DNA from: the human T2T-CHM13v2.0 reference genome, Homo sapiens
DNA: 64,000 nt
Assembly: GCF_009914755.1 (NCBI RefSeq)
Contig: NC_060931.1
Reading direction: 5' to 3' (one strand)
A model generated the notes under the pieces. It was not told the DNA's origin. It was given only the letters and a program-made list of their open reading frames with translations, and searched no databases. The translations under genes were made by a program, and so were the position numbers. Shown here piece by piece: positions 15,569-27,478 of the stretch. Numbering within the stretch: position 1 is the first letter of the stretch; the number at the start of each line of letters is the position of its first letter.

Positions 15569-15725
15569 CTTAGCCATGAGTGTTGTTCCAAATCCACCCT
15601 GATAGTTATTAGCCGAGGGAACGCCATCCATCACTCCAGGTACAGGATTATAAGTGTCACTTGACCAACACCGTCCTGAGCTCATATTTAGGATTTTAGC
15701 CAGTAGTTTTGGGTCAAGCCCTAAC
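15569..15725 (-). CDS. HIBADH: HIBADH penultimate coding exon (157 nt): (R)[52 protein letters not shown]
   Basis: Manual reverse-complement translation. Acceptor ctttgacag|G, donor AAG|gtatgg. Phase 2 in, phase 0 out. Confidence 0.98.
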
Positions 15726-18626
15726 CTGTCAAAGGTCAAAGAAAAGAAGTGTTAAGTGTCAAAATGTACACGTCGTGCGTGACTTATTTATGTATGGGGA
15801 TGCTCCATCTTCTCTCTCCATTTATTATATGTCTTCTAAAATCTAAGCAGGTTGATACGAGAGTGAAGAATCCAATTTTGAATTATAGAGTACTAAACAC
15901 TACTGGTTAAATAAGAATATTTTTGAGCCAGGACCATTTTGCATTTGGAGAAAACCTTCTATGTTATCCTATTATTAAGAAAAAATAATATACAATTGCA
16001 TAAAAATATTGTTGGTTTATCACACTCATGGGTTTTCTAGTCTTTGGACATTACTACATTTATATGTCACATAAGAACCTTAAAACAATATGATAATTTA
16101 AATTCTACATTCTTTACCCACAAATGATATATTTCAGAAAGAAATACTGACAGATAAACGATGCATCATGGGAGTCTGTGTGAATGCATTTATATGTATG
16201 TTTATTCCTTTAGTTTTTATGAGAATAAATGCAAGAGATGAGCCAGGAGCTGTAAACGAGCTTAAGAAAAGTTATTATAAAAGAAGACTTTTTGCTGCAA
16301 ACTTTTCCTTATTTATTAAATCTTTATTAGACAATCTTGCTTATGAAGCAAGTCTGCACAGAGTTGTGACATATGCTATCTATTCAGAGACATGCATTAT
16401 AGTTCTGGGTCAACTGCTGATAAGGTTACTGATCCTGATAAAACAAAGCTTGCCCAAGCAGAAACATCATTTGTTCTATCACTGGGCTGATGGCATAAAC
16501 GGCTGTTCAATGTGGACCCTAGAAAAAATAATAGAATCAAAATGCTCCATTACTTGGATTCTAAAGATATAATGCAGTTTGGGAAGCACAATTTTGCTAG
16601 GTATCACTGAATCAAGTTTCAAATAAAACTTTATTCCTAGCAATTTATTTGGTTTCTTTCATACACAGAGCCATTATGAAACAATTGTCATAAAAGCTTT
16701 CCACTTTTTCTTAAAACCAACCTCTTCCAGAAAATAAAAAAAACACTGAAAAGAGACACTTATGTAAATGTTAAACAAACTGTGCATCTTGGCACGCTCA
16801 GATTGTTTACTCTGTGTGTCTAAAACACATGCCTGTTTATTTCAAAATCTGAATATCATGGCCAATAAAACATTTTTTCAGATGCTAGAGCAGGGGGCTG
16901 AGGCTAACAGCCAAAAATATGTATGGAATTACCACATAATAGAACTGTTATGTAATCAGGCTTTCAAGGGGTAGCTGTGGTTCCCAGACTGCTATGTGGC
17001 ATATCATGTATCTGAATTCATATGGTGGCCCATGTTATAGTGATGGATTTTACTAAGGATTGTAACAGATACAGAAATTCAGTCTAAATTGGCTATCATT
17101 CATTCTGTTCAACTGTAGATTCCCAGAGAGAAACCCAACAGTTTCATTCATTCTTTTATAAAGATCCAAGTTCACTGCATGCATAGTATGCTACTGATGC
17201 TTGCTTTCTCCTTTTAAATAAGATTAGGCTATCAGTATGCTACTGTAGTATATCACTTAGGAAAAGATAAAGCCAGTGTGCTTAGGGAATAATTGTGAAA
17301 AGTAAAATCACAATTAACAATTAGTTAATTTGCTATAACTGCAAAGTACCAAATGTTCAAGAATGCATACATCTAATATGCTCCATAAGGAGAAAATACT
17401 TTTAAAGACTCCAAAACGTCACTTTCTCTCTCCATTTGAAATATAATTTCAGGGCTTCCTAACTTAGATCTTTTAAGATGGTTCATCATATTTAAAGCAG
17501 CAGAATTCCTTCCTTCTTTCTAATCTACCAGGTTACACTCAGTAGTAGCTCACAAGAGCTTTTACAGCTAAGGAAATTCACTCTTTTCTATAATATTCAA
17601 CAAAATGGTGAGCAAAGCTAATTATCCTAACTTTGTAAAACCCTACATTTTTCTTGAATGTTCAAGGAAAAGTACTGGTATTGATTGATGGAAACCCTTT
17701 CTGGTGAACACATTACTATTTAGAAGCATCCTGAGGGGCACACACAAAAAATCAGGTGGCAGTTGTTTCATTCTCACTTTTCAAATCTGATGCTTCCCCA
17801 CCGTGCTGATTCCCTTCAGGAGATAGTTATTCCCTCTCCACTTCCCTCCCCCTGCCCCCACCCGCAGCAAAGTGTATCATTAAAAAGAGCAAGTTAGAAG
17901 TGTTTTGCATTTCATCTTTCTGAGGATTCGTTCTCTGGCACATACATAACTGACAGTTAAAATTAGACATGATATTAAAATCAGTTACTGAAGTCCTCTG
18001 TTTTCCACTGTGCCCAAGGCTTGTAATGGTCTGAAACCAGCTAGAATACACAGTAATTGTCATTCAGAGTCTATCCTAGAACGTCATGCTTCACTGGAGA
18101 AGACTGAGTTTCCATTCGAAATCAACAAATTAATCCAAGACAGGTATCTGAAAGGGCAAGTTTAATAGGAAGCAGCTACTGGGCTCTCAACCATGATAAA
18201 ATGTTATTGCTGTTTCCCTGTAAATTGGCTGGGAACATATGATACTTTCTGCATAAGAGCCCCATTGCTGTTCAGAAGATATACAGCTCAAGCCATCAAA
18301 AGAATGACAGTCTGTCAGTCCCCATAATAACTTGCCACTGGATGTGGTTCGAGAGTGCATGCGTGCATGCATGTGGCTTTACAATTGCTGGAATGTTCTC
18401 TGATATAAACAGAATGAATTCATCGCTCTGACTGCATATATAATGCGTCTCAAATAAACGTCACTGTGTCAAATCTACTCACCTCTAAAACAAGAATTTT
18501 AAATGAGGTTTGGAAGAAGTAAAAATAATGCATAAACTGCAAAAAAATTTAAAAAATTAAACATTTGCCTTCACTGTAACCAAGACTTTAAGGGCCAAAA
18601 ATGTTTGTTTATATTATCTGTGAGTA

Positions 18627-18733
18627 ATCTATACTGTCTGGTTTCACGTAAGAACGAAATAAATTATGTCACTAAACTGGGATGTTTGTATCACAGGAAC
18701 AGATCTGGAAATGAAACATCTAAGACCATGTCA
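18627..18733 (+). repeat. Inverted-repeat left arm (107 bp)
   Basis: Reverse complement of 19498-19604 with 5 mismatches and no gaps. Confidence 0.95.
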
Positions 18734-18739
18734 GTTTTA

Positions 18740-19380
18740 ATTAATCAATCACTTATCCATCAATGTTTACTCAGATCTGCTATATCCAAGTGCTACACGT
18801 GCAGCGAAGGAGACAGTAAGAAGGAAGCTAAGAGGAGGCTGTGCCTGTCTGCCAGGAGGGCTGAGTTAAGACCCACCTGGATAACTTTTACCTTTGGCAA
18901 GAGAAGTGCCATATCTTATCCCCTCACTCACTCACTCCCCTACCTCCTCCCTCCTCTCCTTATTTATCTGACAAATCTTCACTGGGTGCCTAATACCTGC
19001 CAGGTATATTCTTAAGATATGGCAATGAGTAAACAAACCATTTCCCATCATGGAGCTTCTAGATGGGAAGACAGGTAATAAACAGACAAATAAATATGTA
19101 ATGCCAGCTAGTGAGACATGTTAGGAAGAAAAAGATTAAAGTACAATTTAATTTCAAACAATAACCACCTCACCACAACCACAAATATCATTACCACATA
19201 TCGACACCTACTATGTGCCAGAAACTATTTAATAAGTTTTATATGGATTAACTCACTTAATCTTCACAACAACCCAGTGGATAGATGTAATCACTTTTGT
19301 CATTTTATAAATGAGAAAAGCTTAAGTCTGTGGGACAGCTTGAATGCAGACCTACATGTATGCCCAAATGCCATCGTACT
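18740..19380 (-). mobile_element. L2 3'-end fragments (~18740-19130) and MIR (~19185-19380) inside the inverted-repeat spacer
   Basis: L2-like atggagcttctagatgggaagacag; MIR-like acctactatgtgccag...taatcttcacaacaaccc...cattttataaatgagaaa. Confidence 0.6.
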
Positions 19381-19448
19381 GGCTAGTAGTTGACTATTAA
19401 GTAGGTGGTAAACTTAATAGTCAACAACTAGCCAGTACGATGGCATTT
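19366..19448. repeat. Near-perfect hairpin (37-bp arms, 9-nt loop)
   Basis: aaatgccatcgtactggctagtagttgactattaagt / aggtggtaa / acttaatagtcaacaactagccagtacgatggcattt. Single mismatch at 19388 versus 19426. Confidence 0.95.
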
Positions 19449-19497
19449 TATGAGTTTATTAAGAAATTTGTATGATGGATAAGTGAATGATTTGGAT

Positions 19498-19604
19498 TGA
19501 CATGGTCTTAGATGTTTCATTTCCAGATCTGTTCCTGTGACACAAACATCCCAGTTTAGTGACATAATTTGTTTTGTTCTTATGTAAAACCAGACAGTAT
19601 AGAT
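19498..19604 (-). repeat. Inverted-repeat right arm (107 bp)
   Basis: Reverse complement of 18627-18733 (102/107 identical). Confidence 0.95.
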
Positions 19605-22600
19605 ACATACAAAGAACAAGCTTTTTGGCCATTTACAAATTACAAACCTTTGCCATCTGTTATATTTATTAGGGTAAACAACTAAGGCTCCAGTCATCAC
19701 ATAAATGCAAAAGCAACATCTTCTAAGGGCAGTATGCAAGAAACTATTAATAAAACTACATTGGAGGGAAAGTTCTCATCTTGAACAGCTTTCCAGAAGT
19801 TCAGCTGCTTCAAGCTTCTTTTGGCGGAAGACAATACAGTGGTTGCTGGAGGAGCCTGGGCCTGGTTGGCAATGCAAGTAACTTGTTATACCACCAAAAA
19901 TTTTTTTTTAAAATCAATTTCCAGTGGAGCTGGTAATTTAAAACAACAAAACATCATCAATGTTATTTCTATGTGATACACAGGAACAAAACCTCTCTAA
20001 TACAAGTAGGGTACTTTCAGGACCATAAAACTATGCTTCTAATGCCTATGTAGGAATCCAATTAGAAAGCAGAAAGGTCTAATAAAAAAGGAATCTCAAA
20101 ATATATTGTATACCATATTTTTTACTCTTTACTTTTTTTTTTTAACAACATTTAAAAATTTTGCTAACATCCATAAAGACTCACTGTAAAAGAGCATAGG
20201 GTCAATAAGAATTTTAAACTGTAAGATTTTATTCTTCAATTTTTTTAAAAAAGGGGAACAGTGTTCCAGAAAAACCACTGACTTAGAATAAAATTAATCA
20301 GAAATGATCACTTCACAGGAATGGGTGACTCAATTTGTAAATGTTGACATTAATACTCTGAAAAAATTTCACTTCAGAGTGGGCAGAATATAAATGTGGC
20401 TACACCATTTTGATGCTATACTACTTTGCGGGAATTTACTACTTGGGAATTTATGCTTGCTGATGCCAATTTTCTCTTTCACCTTGCAAAGCTCAATAAA
20501 TCGTGGCCGTTCTCTATACTCTATTAGAGAACAATCCTGTCACTTTAAACCATGTCTGTAAACCGTGAAGAAAAGACAATAGCAGAAGCATTCATTTTTA
20601 GGGTCTTTAAACCACTGAGAATCTTCGTAAGATAAAGTGATAAAATCCTCATGTTATGAAAATAAGCAATTCATTGGTATAATCTGAAACACTAGAAACT
20701 TATAAATTATTTTTAACAGTTAAGTATAACTAGTGAGTTTCTGCCTTGTGTTCAGACTTTTAGAATATATTTTATGTTATATATATCAGTATATATGTAG
20801 AGTTTTAGAAAAATGAAAGATTTAAAAGTTTCATATTTCTAAATAACAATTTTGTCATAGTTGATCAGAGCCAAAAATAAGGGAAACTCTATTAATTGCT
20901 TCTGCTCTCTTACATCTCTATTTTTTATCACTTTTCATTTTCTCCTTGAAAACAAACCCACTACAAGTAGCCAATGGTTTTTACTTCATTGTACACCTCG
21001 TATTCGATTGTATTGCCTACAGTTGTAGCTGGTGTTTGCAGTAGAACTTCCACAAGCACTTAGCCTATACAAAACTTCATTTTAGAAGGTCAAATGATCA
21101 TCTTATAGTAAGAGTTCTGACAGGAAAATTATTCAAGAAATGCCAGAGGATGCATCACTATGACTAAGGAACATCCTGGTCCAGTGATGCTCAAGGTGAG
21201 AAGCACAGAGTCAATGGGCAAAGAGGGAAAGCTGTAGTACAGTATAACCTAGGTTCATCCAGCCTTTTACTTTATATAATCATTTATATCCAGAAAAATA
21301 AAAATAAAATTCTAAACATACATATGCATACCAATCCTGGTGTCAACACCAATTAATTGTGTATGCCATTTATGTTCCAGAAATGTACATTTTCCTCTTC
21401 CATGAAATTAGTCTAGAGAATGAACATGAAAACAAGTTACTAGTAACCAGTTTTTCAATTATGATAAGTGACCCATATCCTAAAACTGGCCACAATACAA
21501 ACATAACACTGAAAAGGTCCCTATATACTACCACTTTTATTAAGGCTCTGTACAGACATGCTTTACCATCTTATGGACATTCAATTTTAAAATGTAAATG
21601 GTACATGATATTGATAAACCAATTAGTGCTGACGCAAAGCAAATTCCTCTTTTATCTCAATTACAACATGACAACTTAATAGGTCAAGATAGTTAAACAT
21701 CTGAGACAAGGGCAATTCAATAAAACAACAGCATCTTGATATGGTAATTAAGAGGAAATGTGAATCCATTACTGTGTTTTCAAAAATATCTCAAGTATGT
21801 TGGCTCTTTTTATTACTTTTATCAAAAGCTATGGTATGAAACACTATTCTGTTTTGTGATATATTTGGTAAGCAGTTTTGGGGAATGTGATGAAAGCAAC
21901 TGAGTAAAGCATCCTGCTCATTAAGCATTTTCTAAAGTAAGAAATGTATATTTATTATTTTCATGAAATATAAAACATTCAAAAATTAATTAGGTGATTA
22001 ATCATATGTAGCATTACTAACCCAAAAGATTAAAGGCTAAAATTAAGACATTAACCTTAAGCATTTAAAAGATGATCATCCATAGGAAAAACAGAATTCC
22101 TGAATCACTTTAAGCAAAGTATGCCACTTTAATAGAAAGATACATACGAATGCAAAGTAACTAAACCACAGGCAAAATAAAATGAAAGAGTTATGCATAT
22201 GAATTGCATCTTTATGAATGCTATCCAGTTTTTAGCCTGAGAATGAACCACCAAGAACACTTTTAGTGCAGATTTGGGGGACTATATTTTTAAAAGGTAC
22301 ATAAACTAGTCACATGGTAGCATACCACTTGAATTCACTACACACTAAAACCATGTCTTATACAAATTTGTCCCAACATTGCCAAAGTATGTTTAAATTT
22401 TACAGAAAAGTGTTTCTTGTATTTCAACATAATAGAAGAAATGGGGGTCCCACATAAAAAGGATAATATAGCTTCAAATGCACAACTTCAAATGCACAGG
22501 CAATACATTTTATGGCTATGGCAAAGAGTATTCATGCTCTCCTGGGTCCTATTGCTTGTCCAATAAGCAAAGTCTATTAAAGTTCAATAATGAAGTACTT

Positions 22601-22717
22601 TCAAAATGTTCTTGGATCAACTCATTTATCTCTCATGAATATCATTTTTTTAACATCAGAAAATCAAATAGGAAAGCCTATAAAAATGTTAGTATAAAAA
22701 CGTACTATTCAACAAAC

Positions 22718-22794
22718 CTGATTCCAAGATTCATAGCTTCAGCAGTTCCAATCATACTAATAGCTAACAGCATGTTGTTGCAGATCTTTGCCGC
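22718..22794 (-). CDS. HIBADH: HIBADH coding exon (77 nt): AAKICNNMLLAISMIGTAEAMNLGI(R), containing the catalytic Lys of the KxxNN motif
   Basis: The peptide is visible inside ORF 22705..22947(-). Acceptor tttattttcag|GCG, donor AG|gtttgt. Phases 0/2 match the neighbouring exons. Confidence 0.98.
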
Positions 22795-23049
22795 CTGAAA
22801 ATAAATTGAGTACATATTAAATATCTGTATTTTCAAGGTAAAACTCACAGGACGTTTTTCCTTGCCCAATTCCAGGGGCTGCTTTCTAAAAGAAATAACA
22901 TTCAACTGTTGATTTTCTCGAGTGCGGAAGAGAACCTGATGCAGCATGGCTCCCTCTGAACCTCACATGCTATCCCAGAGCAGACTTGCGGGTCTCCTCC
23001 ACTAGGTAATAAATTTGCCTATGTGAAAATTTATTTTCCACATAGCTAC

Positions 23050-23830
23050 TACGGGCTCAGCACTATAGGGCACAACTGCTCTTTAAGGGATGGAACTTAC
23101 AATCTAATTGGAAATGGGAGTAATATGCTGTATGAAAAGGCAACAAAAACAAGTGGTGAATTGTAAGGTAGAGGCTATAAGAGATAGGAGTTCAGAGCAA
23201 CAAGACCACTGAAGGCAGGAACAGAGAGGAAGTGGAACCTGAAATCATCCTTTAGGAGGCCAAGGCAGGATTTAAACAGACAAGAAAGAGAAAGAAGGAG
23301 ATCCGGGGCGAAGGGTAAATATATAAGAAGGATTAAATATTTAAGAACATGGGATGTTGCTGGAGATCAGTAAGAAAATTGTTTAATATGCCTGTGTTTT
23401 AAGGAATGGTGAGAAATTTGATCGTTAAGACTGGGGCAAGGACATGTCAGCTATGAAAGCTAGGGTGGAGAGTTAAAATTTGACACGGTAGGAAATAGGG
23501 ATCTATTCAAAGTTTCAGAATGGGGAAGCACTATGATGATACAAGCATCTTGATGGAGTTGGTCTGGGTTATGATGTTGGACAGAGTGGTAAATTTGACA
23601 TTCAGAGACTATTAGGCCCCCTGACCAGTAAACTAGGTGTGAGACACTGAAAGAAAGGCTTGGACCAGGTCCTGTGTTGAATGGAAATGAAGGTCAACAA
23701 TGAGAGTAACTTGAAGTAATAGAGCTTGGAGACTGACTGGACAAGAGTATGGAGACAATAAATATATCTAAGATAATACCAAGTCTAGAGTGAGATAAAG
23801 AGAGTCCTAGTGACCAGGATAAAAGCATTA
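23050..23830 (-). mobile_element. Old L2 (L2c-like) fragment
   Basis: ggaacttacaatctaattgg...agagttaaaatttgacacggtaggaaataggga; purine-rich antisense L2. Confidence 0.55.
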
Positions 23831-24029
23831 AGAGGAGGAGAGAGAGTGTGTGTGTGTATTGGGAGGGGGAGGGAGACAACTAACAATTTCAGTGTTCAGT
23901 ATTGTTTAATCATCTCTGTCAGTCACCTCATACTTCTAAATGAAAGTTACTTGCTTTTCAAGAAAAATTTGAAGTCCATGGGTTATTGCTGCGTGATTGT
24001 ACTACAAATAGAGAGGACTATGGCAAGTA

Positions 24030-26681
24030 CAGTTGACCCTTGAATGATGAGGGGGTTAGGGGTGCCAACCCCCAGTGCAGTCAAAAACCCATGTATAACT
24101 TTTGACTCTCCAAAAACTTAACTACTAATAGCCCACTGTTGACTGGAAGCCTCGTCAATAACATAAACAGTTGATTAACACATATTTTGTATATGTATTA
24201 TATATTGTATTCTTATGGTAAAGCAAGCTAGAGAAAAAAATGTTACTAAGGGAATCATTAAGGAAGATAAAATATATTTATTATTCATTAAGTGGAAGTG
24301 GATCATCATAAAGGTCTTCAATCCCATCATCTTAATAATGAGTAGGCTGAGGAGGAAGAGGAGGGGTTGCTCTTCGCTGTCTCGGGGTGACAGAGGCAGA
24401 AGAGGTGGAGGTGGTAGAAGGGGAGGCAGAAGGGGCAGGCACACTCCGGATAACTTTATGGAAATTGTAATTTCTATCTGATGTTTTTGCTCTTTCATTT
24501 CTCTAAAAACGTTTTTGTATGGTACCAATCCGTCTTCCACTGTTTGCTTTATTTTCAGTGTCTGTATCAGAGAAGGGTCCATGTTGTAAAAGAAGTTGAA
24601 AGGAGTCTTGAATAATCAGAACCGTTCTGCCATACTGTCTAATGTCAATTTGTTTCCTGGCACTGCTTTTGGTACATCTTCTTCCTCATCATCTGGTACT
24701 GTTCAGAAGCACTCATCTCCATCAAGCCTCTTCTGTTAATTACTCTGCTGTGGTGTCTATTAGCTCTTGAATTAATCCAAGATCCATATCTTGAAAGCCT
24801 TCATACACTCCCCACCTTTTTTGCCATATGCACAATCTCTTTAGTGATTTCCTTGATTGGCCCTGCCATAAATCCTGTGAAGTCTTGCACAACATCTGGA
24901 CAGTTTTTTCCAGCAGGAATTTACTGTTAGGGGCTTGATGGCCTTCAAGGCGTTTTCCACAATAACAATGGCATCTTCAATGGTGTAATCTTTCCAGATT
25001 TTCATGTTCTATCAGGGTTTTCTTCCACAGTGACAATCCTTCCCATAGAGTACCATGTGTAATGAGCCTTAAAGGTCCTTATGATCCCCTACTCTAGAGG
25101 CTGAATTAGGGGCGTTATGTTTAGGGGCAAGTTGGCCCCTTGGACACCTTCAGTGTTGAACTCATGTTATTCTGGGTGGCCAGGGGTACTGTCCAATATC
25201 AAAATAACTTTAAAAGTCAGTCCCTTACTGGCAAGATATTGCCTGACTCCAGAGACAAAGCCATTGATGGAAACAATCCAGAAACAGGGTTCTCATCGTC
25301 CAGGCCTTCTTGCTGTACAACCAAAAGACAGGCAGCTGGTATTTATCTTTTCACTTAAAGCCTCAGAAGTTAGCAACTTTATAGATAAGGGCAGTCCTGA
25401 TTTTCAACCCAACTGCATTTGTACAAAACAGTAGAGTTAGCCTATCCTTTCCTGCCTTAAATCCTGGTGCTGCTTGCTTCTCTTCCTAATAAATGTCCTT
25501 CGAGCATCCTTTTTTTTTTTTTTTTCTCCGTAATAGGGCACTTCTGTCTGCATTAAAAACTCATTCAGGCAGATATACTTTCTCTTCAATGATTTTTTCT
25601 TAATGGCGCCTGGGAACTGTCTGCTGTCTCTTGGTTGGCAGAAGCTACTTCGCCTATTTCTTGACATTTTTTAAGCAAACCTCTTCCTAAAATTATCAAA
25701 CCATCCTTTGCTGGCATTAAATTCTCCAGCTTTAGATCCTTCACTTTCTTTTTGCTTTAAGTTGTCATATTTTTCTTGAATCATATTAGATGTAAGTATG
25801 CCTTTCTACAGCAATCCTGCATCTACATAAAAGCTGCATTTTCAATGTGAGATAAAAAGATGTTCTGCAAAAAGTGCAAGCCTGCTGGAGTAGCTGCAGT
25901 GATGGGTTCATGACTATTCTTTTCTTTGTTTACAATGGTCCTTACATTGGATTTGTTTATCTTGAAATGGAGGGCAAACGCAGCCGCAGACCTCAATCCA
26001 TGGTATGTATCAGGCAATTCAACTTTTTCTTGTAATGTCATGACTTTTCTCAGCTTCTTAGGAGCACTTCCAGCATCACTAGTGGCACTTTGTATGGGTC
26101 CCATGGTGTCATTCAAGGTTTATGGTATTGCACTAAACATGATAAAAAAATACAAGAGAATTCCAAGAGATCAATTTTTACTATGATACACAATTTACTA
26201 AAGAGATGAACCACTCACACAAAGATGATTAGTGTCACATGACATTTTATGCTCAATACTTGTAACACTTGAGTTCACTGCAATAGCAACAGGTGGCCAC
26301 AAAATTATTACAGTAGTACAGTATTACTAGAGTTAATTTTATGCCATTATGATTTAATGCATCTTTACATTTCTTTACATTTCTCTCAACTGTAAATGGT
26401 GCCATGTATGGTCTATAAATATTTGTAAACTTTGATAAATTTTAACTCTTTATAACAGATTTGTGCATATTTATAAACTAGTATCTATCTACATATATTT
26501 TATGCGTTCACGACATATCTAACTTTTTCTTAATGTTTTTGATATTTCTAGGCCATGTGGTTCATCTGTTTTTTCAAACTGTCACAAATCTTCAAAAAAA
26601 TTTTCAATATATCTATGGAAAAAAAATAGATGTATAAGTGGGCCCATGGAGTTCAAATCTGTGTTGTTCAAGGGTCAACTG
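24030..26681 (-). mobile_element. Near-full-length Tigger2 (TcMar-Tigger) DNA transposon with a decayed transposase
   Basis: Terminal inverted repeats CAGTTGACCCTTGAA / TTCAAGGGTCAACTG with TA on both sides. Minus-strand ORF 25823..26116 (PKKLRKVMTLQEKVEL...HFKINKSNVRTI) is a CENP-B-like HTH; further fragments at 24175-25667. Confidence 0.92.
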
Positions 26682-26815
26682 TAATTACAAAATTAGATGG
26701 AGGAAAATAGCAACTCAGAAACAAGCACTTCGAATAAGAGCAGTTTTAAGGATGATTTCACTAGTTGCTGGGATGACAGACATGTCAAGATCCTAATAAT
26801 GAATTTTTTTTCCCG

Positions 26816-27129
26816 TTTTTTTTTTTTTTTTTTTTTTTTTTTGAGATAGGTTCTTGCTCTATCACCCAGGCTGACTGCAGTGGCTCTATCATGGCTCACT
26901 GCAGCCTCAATCCCCCACCCCTGGGCTCAGGTGATCCCCCCACCTCAGCCTCCTAAGTAGCTGTGACTATAAGTGTGTGTCACCACACTCGACTAATTTT
27001 TTTGTTCTTTGTAGAGATGGGGTCTTACTATGTTGCCCTGGCTGGTGTCAAACTCCTGGGCTTGAGTGATCCTCCTGTCTCAGCCTCCCAAAGTGTTGGG
27101 ATTACAGGCATGAGCCATCACGTCTGGCC
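26816..27129 (-). mobile_element. AluJ
   Basis: Diverged dimeric Alu with a poly-T tail on the + strand. Confidence 0.93.
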
Positions 27130-27344
27130 AATAATGGAAGTTTTTTAAATAAGTAAATTGGCTGATGTCTGCTTAAGCCCACCAGGAATGATGCAAAACT
27201 AATTTATTCCAAATAAATGTTTTAAAATCTGAGCAAAGAATCCATAGGTTGAAGAAAGAAGAATAAAAATATGGTCAGGAAAGAGAAAGGAACATTAGTC
27301 AATTTTACATCATCAAGTCAAGGTCATTAATGTAAAAATCTTAC

Positions 27345-27478
27345 CTGCCCAGTCCCAACAGCTCCACAGTACACCACGTTGGAGCCCATGCACCCCAGCA
27401 ACTCTTGGGCAGCAGCAAATTCATCTTCAACTCCTCCCACCATAAACGTGAGGTTCCCAGATCGTGCAGCTCCTACAC
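27345..27478 (-). CDS. HIBADH: HIBADH internal coding exon (134 nt; probably exon 5 of 8): (G)VGAARSGNLTFMVGGVEDEFAAAQELLGCMGSNVVYCGAVGTGQ
   Basis: The reverse complement translates to the 3-hydroxyisobutyrate dehydrogenase motif GNLTFMVGG...CGAVGTGQ. Acceptor ttcag| at 27479-27483, donor CAG|gtaaga at 27344. Enters in phase 1, exits in phase 0. Confidence 0.98.

Noticed and set aside
22795-22947. In-frame upstream extension of the AAKICNN exon in ORF 22705..22947
   Set aside because: It is intronic. The tttattttcag acceptor at 22795 gives the correct phase and a continuous HIBADH peptide.
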